Shown: piece by piece, positions 13,040-26,995 of the stretch
How the letters are laid out: every line of letters starts with the position of its first letter
Numbering within the stretch: the first letter of the stretch is position 1
Assembly: GCA_032718475.1 (NCBI GenBank)
Contig: JAUCBJ010008295.1
Coordinates: 1 to 64,000, forward strand
Length of the DNA: 64,000 nt
Reading direction: 5' to 3'
Origin: Nemertoderma westbladi
Taxonomy: Eukaryota; Animalia; Xenacoelomorpha
The notes under the pieces: model-generated
The model's database searches: none
What the model was told of the DNA's origin: nothing
What the model saw: the letters and a program-made list of their open reading frames with translations, nothing else
Translations under genes and position numbers: made by a program

Positions 13040-15063
13040 GGTTATATTGAAAAATATCGAGACATGAAAAATATCGAGAGTAAAAATAACGCGAGTAAAA
13101 ACATCGAGTGTTGAAAAATAACGATAATATCGAGAGTTCAAAAAATATCGAGGGTAAAAATACCGAGAGTAAAAATACCGAGTGTTGAAAAATATCGAGA
13201 GTAAAAATATCGAGTGTTGAAAAATATCGAGAGTAAAAATATCGAGTGTTGAAAAATATCGAGAGTAAAAATATCGAGTGTTGAAAAATATCGAGAGTAA
13301 AAATATCGAGTGTTGAAAAATATCGAGAGTAAAAATATCGAGTGTTGAAAAATATCGAGAGTAAAAATATCGAGTGTTGAAAAATATCGAGAGTAAAAAT
13401 ATCGAGTGTTGAAAAATATCGAGAGTAAAAATATCGAGTGTTGAAAAATATCGAGAGTAAAAATATCGAGTGTTGAAAAATATCGAGAGTAAAAATATCG
13501 AGTGTTGAAAAATATCGAGAGTAAAAATATCGAGTGTTGAAAAATATCGAGAGTAAAAATATCGAGTGTTGAAAAATATTGAGAGTAAAAATATCGAGTG
13601 TTGAAAATTATATAGAATGTTGAAAAATATCGAGAGTAAAAATATCGATAGTAACAATTTTTTTAAATAAGGGTTGTAGGGGTTTGATAATTTTTTTTAC
13701 TAAAAATGTTCTAGAACAATAATATTTATCAACATTTGGTAGCTTATACAGTACGTGTTCTAATATAATATTTAACAATATTTATAATATTTATCAAAAT
13801 TTATAGCTAGCACCTCTTTTATAATATTTATTTAAAAAAATAGCAAAAACTAGCTAGTATAATAAATCAGGTAAATGGGTACCCAAGGTGTATTACATAA
13901 TGCCATTCACTTGCACTGTTGTAACCCATGCACTGCAATATTGTTCCATAATTCTAAATAAAATGCTCAAGCAAAATGCAATATTTTTACTCTCGATATT
14001 TTTCAACACTCGATATTTTTCAACACTCGATATTTTTACTCTCGATATTTTTCAACACTCGATATTTTCAACACTCTATATTTTTAGTCTCGATATTTTT
14101 ACTCTCGATATTTTTCAACACTCGATATTTTTATTCTCGATATTTTTCAACACTCGATATTTTTACTCTCGATATTTTTCAACACTCGATATTTTTACTC
14201 TCGATATTTTTCAACACTCTATATTTTTACTCTCGATATTTTTACTCTCGATATTTTTCAACACTCGATATTTTTACTCTCAATAGTTTTACTCTCGATA
14301 TTTTTCAACACTCGATAATTTTCAACACTCGATATTTTTACTCTCGATATTTTTCAACACTCGATATTTTTACTCTCGATATTTTTCAACACTCGATATT
14401 TTTCAACACTCGATATTTTTACTCTCAATAGTTTTACTCTCGATATTTTTCAACACTCGATAATTTTCAACACTCGATATTTTTACTCTCGATATTTTTC
14501 AACACTCGATATTTTTACTCTCGATATTTTTCAACACTCTATATTTTTACTCTCGATATTTTTCAACACTCGATATTTTTACTCTCAATAGTTTTACTCT
14601 CGATATTTTTCAACACTCGATAATTTTCAACACTCGATATTTTTACTCTCGATATTTTTCAACACTCGATATTTTTACTCTCGATATTTTTCAACACTCG
14701 ATATTTTTCAACACTCTATATTTTTACTCTCGATATTTTTACTCTCGATATTTTTCAACACTCGATATTTTTACTCTCAATAGTTTTACTCTCGATATTT
14801 TTCAACACTCGATAATTTTCAACACTCGATATTTTTACTCTCGATATTTTTCAACACTCGATATTTTTACTCTCGATATTTTTCAACACTCGATATTTTT
14901 CAACACTCGTTATTTTCGATATTTTTCATCTCGCGTTATTTTTACTCTAGATATTTTTTAATCACGTTAATTTTCAACACTCGTTATTTTTACTCTCGAT
15001 ATTTTTACTCTCGTTATTTTTACTCTCGATATTTTTCAAGTCTCGATATTTTTCACCATTACC
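13040..15063. mobile_element. Foldback-type non-autonomous DNA transposon with long modular inverted repeats
   Basis: A left array of a 32-bp unit (GAGAGTAAAAATATCGAGTGTTGAAAAATATC, about 13040-13650) faces its reverse-complement array (about 13980-15063) across an AT-rich spacer. The terminal subunits match (GAGACATG/GAGACTTG), and the direct repeat AACCAAAGGT lies at 13033-13042 and 15064-15073. Confidence 0.8.
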
Positions 15064-15099
15064 AACCAAAGGTGTACATACATTTAAATCAGTAGAGTA

Positions 15100-16300
15100 T
15101 GTAGGAGAAAATCAGACGGACATTCATATTGTACAGTAGGGGGCATTTATTACAGCTACAGTATAACAGTAGTAGGATGGGTCCAATTAAATATAGGACA
15201 ATAAATTTATTTCAGTAACGTTTCGTTCGGGCCACAAGGAAAACGTACTGTAGAAAAAGACCGGACGTATAAAGTTATTAGTATTATGACTACAATTTCG
15301 CCCAATAACACTGTAAACTCATTTTATTCTACAGGGTGTTACAAGCACGATAACCAATCAAGGAAAACGTACTGTAGAAAAAACCGGCAATTTACAAAAT
15401 TATTAGCATTATAACTACATATTGCATCAAATAACACTGTAAAATCACTTAGTTCCACGGGGTGTTACAAGCACGATAACCAATCATGAAAAAACGCGGC
15501 CGTTATAACCTTGTATCTCCAATGAAAAACATACGGTATTTTCAGCACACATGTATACTGTATGTAAAATTTGAGTTGGGACATTTGAGTCAATGTGTAG
15601 GCAAAGCCCATCAGCTTTCATATTGTACAGTAGGGTGGAACTGTTTCAGCATAAAAATATAAACCACAAGGAAAACGTAGGTATTTTCAGCACACATGTA
15701 CTGTATGTAAAATTAGAGTTGGGGCATTTAAATGAAAAATGTAGGCAAGACCAAACGGGATTCATATTGTACAGTAGGGTGGAACTTCTATCACAGGGAA
15801 AACGTACTGTAGAAAAAAACCGGAAGTTACAAAATTATTAGCATTATAACTACATATTGCATCAAATAACACTGTAAAATCACTTAGTTCCACGGGGTGT
15901 TACAAGCACGATAACCAATCATGAAAGAATGCGGCCGTTATAACCTTGTATTTCCAATGGAAAACATACGGTATTTTCAGCACAAATGTACTGTATGTTT
16001 AAATTTGATTTGGGACATTTGAGTCAATATGTAGGCAAAGCCCACCAGTATTCGTATTGTACAGTAGGGTGGAACTGTTTCAGCATAAAAAAAAAGATTT
16101 ATATAAACCACAAGGAAAACGTACTGTAGAAAAAACTGGAAGTTAAGTAGGGTGGAACTGTTTCAGCATAAAAAAAATATAAACCACAAGGAAAACGTAC
16201 TGTAGAAAAAACTGGAAGTTACAAAATTATTAGCATTATAACTACATATTGCATCAAATAACACTGTAGGATCATTTAGTTCCCCGGGGTATTACACTAA
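15100..16300. repeat. Complex degenerate tandem repeat (about 435-bp period, modular)
   Basis: Recurrent GGAAAACGTACTGTAGAAAAA, AACACTGTAAAATCACTTAGTTCCACGGGGTGTTACAAGCACG and TATTGTACAGTAGGG blocks. Confidence 0.8.
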
Positions 16301-16516
16301 AAATAATGAGTTGATAAATATACAACTATACAGCTGGTCTCACTTTGTTCCACGGGGGGTTGAACTGAAAAATATAATTCGCTTCCGCATGTACTCTTGA
16401 TTTGTTGTCCCGGAATTGGCGAAAAACCGTGATCCTAAAACTCTCCCAAGGGCACATACGGAAGTGTTCGCACAATAAAAACTCTGCTAGTTCATGGTAA
16501 TCTTGGGGTGGTTGTT

Positions 16517-17754
16517 TGTTCGCGCTTTCAGACCTTTGGCAGTTTAACCCGCCAAATTAGAATGTCTTCTAGATAATAAATCTGCTTTTTAGTCTATGAC
16601 AAGTATTTGATTCACTACACTAGTCGAAACCAATCCGTGCGCGACCATTCACCCGCTGGATATTCCCGGGAGATTGGGTTCGACGGTTTAATTTTTATTG
16701 CTATGTAAGCCTAATGTATTATTCGACTGACAGTATTATAATCTCTGACAATATTATTCACCTTCGGTAATATTAACAGTTCCTTTAGGACGTGGCGCTT
16801 TATCTATATAAACAGAGTTATGACTTAAACTACTCCCAACGATATGGCTTAATTATAATCCACATATATGACGCATTCTTTAGGAATTGCTTCTTTAACA
16901 GACTCACTCATACACTATGCTGCACAATACTGCACACTAATCTGCCAATCTTCACTGATTTTAGTCACATATAAAAGGAACACAGGCTGACTCATGTAGG
17001 GTCTATCAAATAACATTAGATTCACTTCAAACCACTTTAACATAAGTCACAATCGTTTATCTGTAACCCTTCTCTCTTACCTTCGGTATATCAAGAATAT
17101 TGGGTTTCGGGGTTGTTTATCGTTATTCCAAATATAATTATTCATCAACCATATTATGAAGAACTGACGGTAAATAGCAGTATAACAATATAAAAGTATG
17201 CACAATGTTACACAGTATGCAGTGTATGCAGTACTGCAGTATGCAGACATCAGTCATCAGTATGCAGTCCGTTTGTTAAAGGATATATGCCCTTTATAAT
17301 TAAACCTACTAGTGTACGACTAAAAAGCAGTACAGCACAAAATACTTCTAAGCCGTTCTTTCTTTGGCTCAAGACTGAATGTAAACACTGCACATAGGCA
17401 TTGCGTCATTTCTCGGAAATTTTCTGTACAAGGAGCCACAAAAACGCTCTCATTGGCTGACTGAACTGAGAGACGCCGTAGAACAAAGGAAATCAACACG
17501 TATGAATGTCAGCTGTTAACCGTAGTCATAGTAACTACTGTTCAAGAGTAGCTATCACCCCTTTGCGTCACGAATTGCCATAGAATCATAAAATATACCT
17601 TTCACAGTACACATACGGAGGAAATAGGTCTTAGATCCTCTAAAAACACCGATACAGCAATAATACGGTCTCTTACACTTATTAAATCAACTACAGAGTA
17701 TTTTAATGTAAAAGATAATAAAAATAACGGGGCAATTCAGCAAAGGCTTTTACA
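16517..17754 (-). repeat. 3' LTR of E2 (1238 bp)
   Basis: TG...CA termini, preceded on the minus strand by the purine tract GGGAGCGG (17755-17762). Confidence 0.92.
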
Positions 17755-17832
17755 CCGCTCCCAGAAAATGGGATTTTCAGTCTATAAAATATAAAAATCA
17801 CAGTTTCTAAAACATAAAGATACTCTAAACAG

Positions 17833-18130
17833 TTAGTCTTTCTTGCGCGGACGGCGTTTACGCAGTTTCTTAAGATTAACAAGAGTCCTTTTCTCTTTGG
17901 GGGGAGCCACTTTACTAGGAGGGCCATAACTCCTGGGTGAAGGGTGCAATATGATTGCATCAGAAGGTGTAGGTTTATGGTCGAGGTATCTGCCGTTTCG
18001 ATATGCTTCTCCTCGAGCTGATTTTCCTCCGCTCGTAGCTGGATACGTTCATCCAAAACTCTCGCAGAGAATAGGATCGTCCAAGTTCGATAACTTCTTA
18101 GAGATTCTGGATTTCCCAATCGAATTGAGA
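17833..18130 (-). pseudogene. Remnant of the C-terminus of the 3' accessory ORF of E2
   Basis: Translates PTPSDAIILHPSPRSYGPPSKVAPPKEKRTLVNLKKLRKRRPRKKD*, matching the end of ORF 54195-55415. Confidence 0.75.
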
Positions 18131-18810
18131 TAAGGCCAATTCGTTTATCGATTGGACTTACTGTTATAACTTACGTTTATCTGAACAAACGCAGGTTTCT
18201 TTTTTGATCTTTATAGAATAGCGTTTAACTCGTTTCGTACAACGCTCTCCTTTACCTTGATGAGGGGTTGTATCGCGTTAAACGGGACGACCATACGGTT
18301 GGATAGTGATATTAGGTGTCTGCGTCACAATCCGGCTAGGTAAGATGGGCGGCTAGCTAGAAATCACTGTCGGAGTGTTACCGATTAATTGTTAGGGTAG
18401 CACTAGATCTTTGAACAGTGAATACAGTCCGCGAGGATCCGCGACACCACCAGGATCGCAGGTCTGAGGTCCAACTAAGGAATGAGGAGGTTTGACCGAG
18501 TATTCCGGGACTCTGATCGTAGGTTTACTCCAGGATCGTTCGAGCCGAGTGAGCATAGGTGATACGTCAACAAGTTTCGGTTTACATGGATGTTTATGTC
18601 TTTCCGTTTATTATTTGGGTCTAGGGCATTTATCGTAATAATACCAAAGACGCACGTCTGGTAGGGTAAACGCGGGTGACATTTATTTGTTGTTACAATG
18701 CTTCTATCAAGAATTCCAAATATACTTTGGAGTTACCGCGTCCATTTGTTTCTTTAGTGTCTTTTCTTTCGAGCCGATTTCGAATAGAATTTTCGCATTC
18801 GAATTTCAGT

Positions 18811-19116
18811 TTATGGTTCCGACTCCGCTGGGCAGGATATATAGTCGACATAGTCCGTATTGTGTAAATCGATAGGATGACCAGTAGTTAAGAAGACCAT
18901 ATACGTACCATTACGCTGCGTATATCGAGCAGCGAATTTTCTATAGTCCAACTCGCGCGAGAGCTGCACTTGGGACATTGGCGGTTCGATATAACGACCA
19001 TCGTCCTCCGCAGCAGTTGGACTAACGTCGCCGCGTATTAAGCTATCAACAAACGCTTGTAAAAGTAGAGTATATCGCTCCCCGATACCAAGACCATCTT
19101 CTATCAACTCCGTCAT
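18811..19116 (-). CDS. Small 3' accessory ORF (MTELIEDGLG...), unknown function
   Basis: Close homologue of 52434-52811 in E3. Confidence 0.55.
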   Translation of the reverse strand: MTELIEDGLGIGERYTLLLQAFVDSLIRGDVSPTAAEDDGRYIEPPMSQVQLSRELDYRKFAARYTQRNGTYMVFLTTGHPIDLHNTDYVDYISCPAESEP

Positions 19117-20768
19117 ATCTGCTATATATGAGTTTATCCATATTATAATGAGTTTATATTTAGGCGAGCGGGCGTCGCTGCCTATCCCAATCAACCCCGG
19201 ACAGTACGAGATCCTCAGCGCCGATGTGTCGTCGCCGCTGTACTTTCGCCAACGACGTAGCCGCACAACGACAACGACAACCGGCACAAGTCACTCAACT
19301 GTCCGTCCCAAAGGCTTAGATGTACTTCAGGTTTTCCTTGGAGAGTTAGGTTACCTTTACGATTGCGACTAGCTACTGTAAACACACCTTAGTAGTAACA
19401 TTCGCCTATAAACTCACAAATACCACACACACAACTTGTCACAAATTACACACACTCGGGCCATTTGTCCATTAGTCAATGCCTTCCAGAATGTCACTGT
19501 ATTATTATGTATCCTTGGATACTAGTAGTGCGCTATTTATTCCCTATGCTATTCAATGGGACAAGCTTTCTATTGTTCGTTTAACTCAATTCTAATTCTA
19601 GCGTGGTTGTTGCTATGGTGACATTATGCAAAGCTAGCGGTAGAATTAGAGTAATTCCAATGCATACAGATCTGGGATGTTATTTAATAGGAATTCTTTA
19701 ATAGTCAATGTTCTGTTTTATACATGACTTTATGAATTTTATCGGCTATTGACTATGTTTGGGAGACTTTCACACACTCATACGCATGCTAAGATAAATC
19801 TCCGCTCCCTTGATCTATTAATTAATGGAATTTTGGGAACTTTATAAATTGCGTAAAAATGGCAATTTATTAAATTCATTAAAAGGCATGAATTTAAATT
19901 GATTCCCTGAAATTTTATTATTTGATAATTAAATGGACATATTTGGATTCCAGAACATGTCTGGGGACACAAGATCCTTAATTCTATGACAATTGTCTTT
20001 TTAAGAATATCGGTAAATACTACGATATCTTAATTGACTAGAATTATTGAAGGATCTGAATTTTACAGATTTTGATTTATTAGATTTTGCAAATATTAAT
20101 TAATTAATATTTGAGATGGGCACCGATTTATTCCAGAACTTGTCTGGGGACGTTAACCACTGATTCTAGAATTTGTCTTTCAAGTATATCGGTGGGTGCC
20201 GCGATATCTTAATCGACTAGAATTACAGATGGTCAAAGGGTTTAACAGATTTATTTTGCGTTATACGCTACTGTTAAAGGGACATCACGCTACTATATGT
20301 ATTATTTAATATACGGTATGAGAGCAATATCGCACGAAGCAATGTCAGTGTGAAGAGGCAAGTCGTTTCCAAGGTCTACCCAGAGCTTGGTTTAGCCGAG
20401 ACACGAGGATCTGAACTTTGCATTCCTAATACTCTGCCTACCAATAATACTTAAATATAGTAGTGGCTTTATTGTACTTTAATAAGTACAGACATTTCAT
20501 CTTACTGTAGTTACGTATTTATAATATAATACGGACAGTAAGGAAAGAGAAAAATAATTATTTCTCGCCGTCGCACTAAATATAATATAAGTAATTACGT
20601 ACGTAATAAACACGAATATATTGCACTATTCTACAAAATAATCGCTAAATAATATTCTACTAAATTAAATAAAACGATTATAATAAAATTACATAGTAAT
20701 ACATACATAAATATAAAAATAATAATATAATATAAAATAATAGAGTCACACACCCACTCCATATGTTG

Positions 20769-21995
20769 CTATGTTATGGAGTCCCTAGATGTTTGAAGGA
20801 TTAGGGAGGTGGTCGTGGGAAGAGAATCTTTCCTTCCACAGTTTCCGGAGAGTCCTCCATTCCCTTCCGATAAACACAAACGACCGACTGGGTGATTGAG
20901 TCGCTGCATCCTGAATACAATTCCAGGTTTCCTCTTCGTCCTGGAATAGTGACGATAGAAACATCGCTCAAAGTATATGACGGCGTCACAAAGCCGATTC
21001 CAGGAGCTATAGTGGTCCGTCGCTCTCTGCAGGAGAGGTGAGAGTCCCTGCGAGACGTCTGATGTTCCAGAGCTCCAATCGCTCTCTCTGATCTTCATGA
21101 AGGATCCACTCGCGGTGGGGAGGCCCAGATCCACGGCGTCGTCCCTGGCAACATGTAATACCGACAGATCTATCCCGGGTTCAAATAACTCCGATCCACC
21201 CGTCCGGGTTTCAGGTTCGACTTTCTCCGCTCCCTTGGCTGGTCTAATCTCAGTCGGAGTAAGATGGGGAGGACATTCATTCTCCTTACTCAGGAAGTCG
21301 GGTTCACCTAATCGGTCTGTAGTATCTGTCAGTTCTTGAGGAGTTGCTCCTCTGGAAGCGATGTCCGTTGGATTAAACTTCTTGGGGCAATATCTCCATT
21401 GATCTACATTGGAGCTAAGATTGTCATTATCTGAGGAGTGTGGTGTTCCCTCAGTTGGGTCGTCTCCCTCACTAGTATCATCTTCCCATTTACTCCGCTG
21501 GCAGACGCGATCTTGAAGCAGTCTTTCTCTGAGCGTTCTACGGGAAGGTCCAGTAAGGTACCAACCTACTCTAGTTCTTACCGCATAGGGCTGAAGTGGT
21601 TGCGGTTGAGCAGGTCGTTTCTCTAATGTCTCCAGCGCCTCATGCGCGTTTTGGCCGATGAGTATTTGCACTCCAGGATAATCAGTCTGGAATCGAGGTA
21701 TGTTAAGATGTTGGATGCTCTCATCCTCGTCCCAATTATAAAGGTCTGCTTGAGTAGTAGCGAAGTTCTTTATAGCCACCATTTTCACTGACCTTATGCT
21801 ATGTTCTCCTAGTTCGTCTTGTGGGGTGGACAACGCGCCTACATAATAATCAGCTGTTATTGTAGATTTCCAAACTTGCATAATGCCTGACATGTTGAGC
21901 TTAGTTTGGAACTTGGGTTGTCCAGCAAATATATCTTCGGCTAGCTCTTTATCGATGAATGTTCCTGTGCTACCGGAGTCCAGGAGGGCGTTCAC
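20769..21995 (-). pseudogene. pol: Aspartic protease fused in frame to remnants of the RNase H end, the linker and the integrase tail
   Basis: ALLDSGS protease motif. After SSDND it jumps to DQWRYC...NPTDIASRG, and later jumps from YSRTK to RKPGIVF...LNHPVGRLC. Confidence 0.85.
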
Positions 21996-24900
21996 TACAT
22001 AACTCCTTTAGGTCCGTGCACCCTTACCTGCACCACAGGAAACTCTCGGATTCCTAGATTGGAAGTTGGCGCTTTCCAAGATGGTTGTTGATCGGAAGTA
22101 GTTAAGGTAAGGTCGCTGTCTGTGTCCTTTCTCATGTACGAGTGCTCGATACACTGCGGTGGTGTTTATTAGGTAACAGGATTCGTTTTGGTCGGAGAAC
22201 TCGTCTGTATAGAATCCTTCCATCTCAGATTGATCAGTGTCGTTCACATCACTGAATTGGACATGTAGTTCGGACTCACTTACCTGACTCGGGCTGTTTC
22301 GTTCGAATTCCGTGTGCAACAAGATATGATGTTTTGCGCCGCACTTTGCACACCTTGCGTCGGAGTTACAGGTTCGCCGTTGGTGTCCTCGTCTGAGGCA
22401 ATTATAACACAACCGCTTATCCCACATGACTTCACGTCTATCCTCGAGTGATTTCCTCAGGAATTTATCACACGCATTTAAACGGTGGGGCCCGTCGCAC
22501 AGCACACATTTTGGCTTGATGTTACTTACTTTAACCTGTGCTATGTGGTGCACACTTGTTCTTTCCTCGGGCTTTCTCACCTGAATTCTCTTTAGGAGAC
22601 GTAGGAGGGGTTTTTTGTACCGGTTCCCTTCTGTCATTGGGTCGAGACTTGGATTTACTTACCTGATCTTTAGGCATTTTATTCACGTAATAAGATCTAT
22701 CCGTGTCCTTCCCGCTATCTTCTCCTTGAGAAGTCTGGCTTTCGCCGTCATCGGTATAACATACTGGTGTTATTTTTCTCCTAGAGACGGGTTTTTCACT
22801 TACCTTGTTTTCCGGTGTCTTCTCTCGGGACTGCTTGAGGAGTTGCAATTTCACTTCTCCATCCAAGAATGACATGAGATCAGCCATGGTAGGGTCTCGT
22901 CGTTGTTGTTCCATCATATAAAGTACTTTCTTATCCCAGCGTGTGCCTACCCCACCTTTCGGTAAAGTAGAAGCCACAGCTCCAATGACCATAGAACTTT
23001 GGTATTCATGAGACTTACCTAACCAATCTAATTGTCTACAGATCTCTTGAATCTCATCGGAAAACTCTATTATCCCACTGCTGATGAACTTTCTGGGCGC
23101 TACTAATTTTGCATATAAATACTTAGCGATATTATTCCTATTACCATACCTGATGTTTAGTGTATCCCAAACTTGTCTTAATCCGTCTGGATGTCCAATA
23201 AACTTTAACGCCATTAACTTGGGAGATCCTTCCAAGCACTCGATGAGGTATCTCAGTTTTTCTCCATTAGATAGTACAGAGTTCTGTATGTTATCTTTGT
23301 AATATTCATTAAAAGGTAACCATTTCATCTCATCTCCATTGAACTTGACGATCTCTCCAACCTTTACCGCTTGCCGGGCTTCGGTTCTAGCCATTTGACG
23401 CGTAAAACTTTCTTGGGCCATTGTGCTATTTAATATCGAGTTATCGGTATATAAATTTCTCGGATTATGATCCGGTCTATAGGGAATATCACTATCAACA
23501 GGTCTATAATTACCCTTAATAGGGTTCACTATAGGAGTTTCTACTTCGCTAGCAGTATAGATGCGTGTAGGCTCCACACCTTGCGCATGAGATACTTCAG
23601 ACCTAACGGGTTGACACATTGTTACAGAGGGTGGTGGTATACCCTTTTGGGTGTTTACTAATTTATCGCGTTCAAGCGCGATACTTTGCTGCACTTCTTG
23701 CAACTCTAGCCTACTTTCCCTCACTGTTCCCTTTAAATGTTGGACAGTCCCTTCCAACTCTCGGACCTGTTGGGAGGAGCGTATCTGATTCTCCTTCATC
23801 TCTCCAAGGAGAATATCCATCCCCCGCCGTCTCTCGTCTACCCAATCAACCGCCGAAACGGGATCCGCCAACGTCGTAGCGGGCAGACAAGGGACAACGG
23901 GCGACAAATTCGGAATATTTCGCTCGGGGTCCAGGACCTGAACTGTCTCTCGGGCAGTTCTACGGGGCACAGGTAGCTTAGTGCTATGTAGAGGGAACTT
24001 ATAGGTAGTCTCAGGGAGCACAGGTATGTCTATCACCGAAGGGGTGATTTCAAGAACAGGCCTAATTATTTCAGGCTCATCTACTATAGTAGGGAGTCTT
24101 TCTATTTTAATTATTGGGTCTGTGGGCTCTGTACTACCCAAGTTGGTGCTATTTAGTTGCCTTCTAACAGCTGGAGGCAAATCAGGCAATTTCTGACGGT
24201 GGAATGTTCTTTTACGTCTACTTGGACGAGATCTATTTCCCTTGCCTTCAGTATCGGTGGTATCGCCTTCCTCAGATGATGTATACCCCTGTCTCTTGGG
24301 AGTAGATCGACTCATCATCTGCATATTGCTCGCTGTTAACTGTTTATTGAAGTTGTCCTGCTTTTCTTGAAGAATTTCCAACTCTAGTTGGGTTGCCTCT
24401 TCAGATGCCCTCCGTTCTGCTTCTACCACTGCCTCTGCTGTTGCCAGTGCCGCCTTTCTTTCTGCTTCGGCCGCTGCCTCTGCCGCTGCCTCTGCCGCTT
24501 TTGCCTTGGCCGCTGCCGCCTTTCTTTCTGCTTCTGCAGCTGCCACTGCTGCTGCTACTGCCGCTGCCTTTCTGTCTTCTATACGTTTTTTCTTTACTTG
24601 TTCTTCCTGTACCTTAACGACGCGGAGTTGTTCATCGAATTTAGCTTGATTAGCCGCTAACCTATCCACGTCGATGGCGTCAAGCACACGCTGTGCTCCT
24701 TCACTATTAGGGCTAAGTCCCTCTAGTCTTCTCCGCAACTCTTCATCACCTACAAAACGTTGATAGTCTGACAGATAGATGTCAATGGCATCCCTCTTAT
24801 GCGGTTTCTCTGCCGTCGCTTCACTTTCCACTTGGGAAAAAGTAGCGTCTGTTGATTCTCCATGGGTTGAGCGCTCCTCCAACTGAGCTTTCCACTGAGC

Positions 24901-26995
24901 TGCTCCTTGAACCTGGCGACTCACCCGTTGAAACCAAGTCTTTACGGCAACTTGCAACGACGTGTCTTGTCTTCTTTTAGAAGCCTCCTCAAAGGCGGAT
25001 AAGATTAGCCTAATCCGCAGAACTCTTTCTCTAACTTGATAAAGCAGCGATCCCTGCTCTTGAGGTCCTTGAGGTTGTTGAAACAGTTGTCTCTCTACTC
25101 GCTCCATAGAGCTGAAGAATCCCTGTGCGTATCCGGCTGCGGACCTCTTCCATACAGCTGGATCGATGGTTTCCTTGGCTACTCCCATCCGGTGTATGTC
25201 TTCCCAGGCAGCCTCTGATAAATCAAACGGGAGTCCGGGTCCGGGGAAGTTCCATTGCGACTCGACAATAGACTTCAGTTCTTCACTAGTGTCGCTTGCG
25301 TCCTTCTGGGCTCCTCTCTGATGACTCCGAGGCGCACCCATGAGGCGGACGCTGTCCCACCACCCTTGGGGCCAGTCCGACTGATGTTTTATCAGACCGG
25401 GCCGGAGGGTAGCCCGATGCTTCCCGGGTTCACTTTTCAATCCCCCGATCACACCGGCACAACTCGTCGGTGTAGCCAGATGGTCGGCTACTGTCAACTT
25501 GCTGTGGCCTGACTGTACATTGAGCCAACTCAGAGAGTCAACCGGCGGGTGGACCAGTCGATAGCGATCGAGCATCAAGGTCGCCCTTGAGCCAAACCGA
25601 CGGTCTTGTCCCAAGCGGGCTTGCGCTACCCACATTGGAATATTGACCGTTTTCACCCGCCTCGCCGGCAGTATTGAGGGGAAGTCGGTTCCACAAACAA
25701 TACTGACTAGCTCGAAAGCTAGGAACAAGTAACCACTTACCCGTCCTGTACACGTGTACTCAACAGATGCTCACGAAATCGAGTACACTACGGTAAACAC
25801 AAAATCTGACACATACCACGCACACACAGAGGACATAATCGGGAAGACAAAATCAGAGGGGACAAAATTGTATCGACTAATAAAGTCGAGAGTACTTTAT
25901 TTTACCGACAGGGTAAAATAACTTTGTGTGCACAAAGTATGCTGGGGCGCAGTAAAATATGGTCCTACTAATAACCGGCGGCGACTGAACCAACCGGCAA
26001 GGTTTCCCACACTCACTCGCAGTGGCCATACACACACTCACGTATACCACGTACACACACAAACCACAGATTCCAGAGTATCATTCATTCGGACCACACG
26101 ACAACGCCAACCCCTCCTTGCAGCCGATATTCCGGGTGCCACCTCCATTCCAATAGTAGTACCAACAGAATCATCAGAACCTGTCCATTCCGATGCAACA
26201 CCTCCATTCCAATAGTGCTACCCTGGGAAAAAACACGTTTTGGCAACCGATCGGGGACAGTACAGAGTCTGGTCAACTCATACATACCAAACATAGACCT
26301 ACCACATAGACCACATAAACCACAGATCACACTAAGCCACCACCCCTACTGTGTACAGGACTGGCAGTACGGCAACAGGCCGACTAGACGGTACCACGGC
26401 ACCATGTTGATTCATGGTTCGTAAGACACGAGGGCCTTCAGTAACTCCCTTGCACTATAGCTACAATTTAACGTGCCCCCAGACCCTCACGAGCCCGCCG
26501 CCGCCTGTTCGGGACACCCCTATAGAGACCTCACCTCCTTAGGCATCCCGCGTAGCTATCTCTAGTTGACCGTTGACTTCTCGCCCAATCGATCTGGTGT
26601 TCTTCCACCGCGATCAATAACCCAGCGAGCACGGCTGCAGGAAGGATGAGAAGGGGATCCGTATAAACCGCATCCGTCATCTCTGCTCCGCTCTCGGGTG
26701 TCAGCTCTACAGTATCCTCACTACTGGAGCTGCTGGGCCGCTGAGGAATAAGTTCTTGACTAGTGGGTTGTTGCTGTTCCGCTGCCTTTTGGTCCCGCTT
26801 GACCTGAGCTCGAGTGCCTATGATAGACCTACGATGTTGGACCAGCCTAGGTTCTGTTATTACTACTGGAGGGATGACCTTCCTCACAGTGGGAGGTGAA
26901 CTGGATTTACGACCAGACGGTTGTACGTCTCTATCTGAGTCGCAGATAGTTACATCTAATAAACTGTCTGACAGGTTCTGCTTAGTATCAGACAT
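21996..26995 (-). pseudogene. gag: Gag of E2, interrupted by a 1.25-kb insertion and frameshifts
   Basis: Pieces 26545-26995, 22531-25292 and 22008-22637 align to E3 ORF1, including the DUF1759-like region and the triple Cys/His knuckle. Confidence 0.88.
25293..26544. other. Unidentified 1252-bp insertion in E2 gag without target-site duplication
   Basis: Removing it restores GGA TAC ACT AGT GAA GAA, matching E1/E3 GY(A/T)REE. Confidence 0.75.

Noticed and set aside
25290-26545. Solo LTR (TG...CA) or antisense GT-AG intron reading of the gag insertion
   Set aside because: The LTR reading needs a 4-bp target deletion rather than a duplication. The intron reading needs a poor donor plus a codon change and is antisense to gag.
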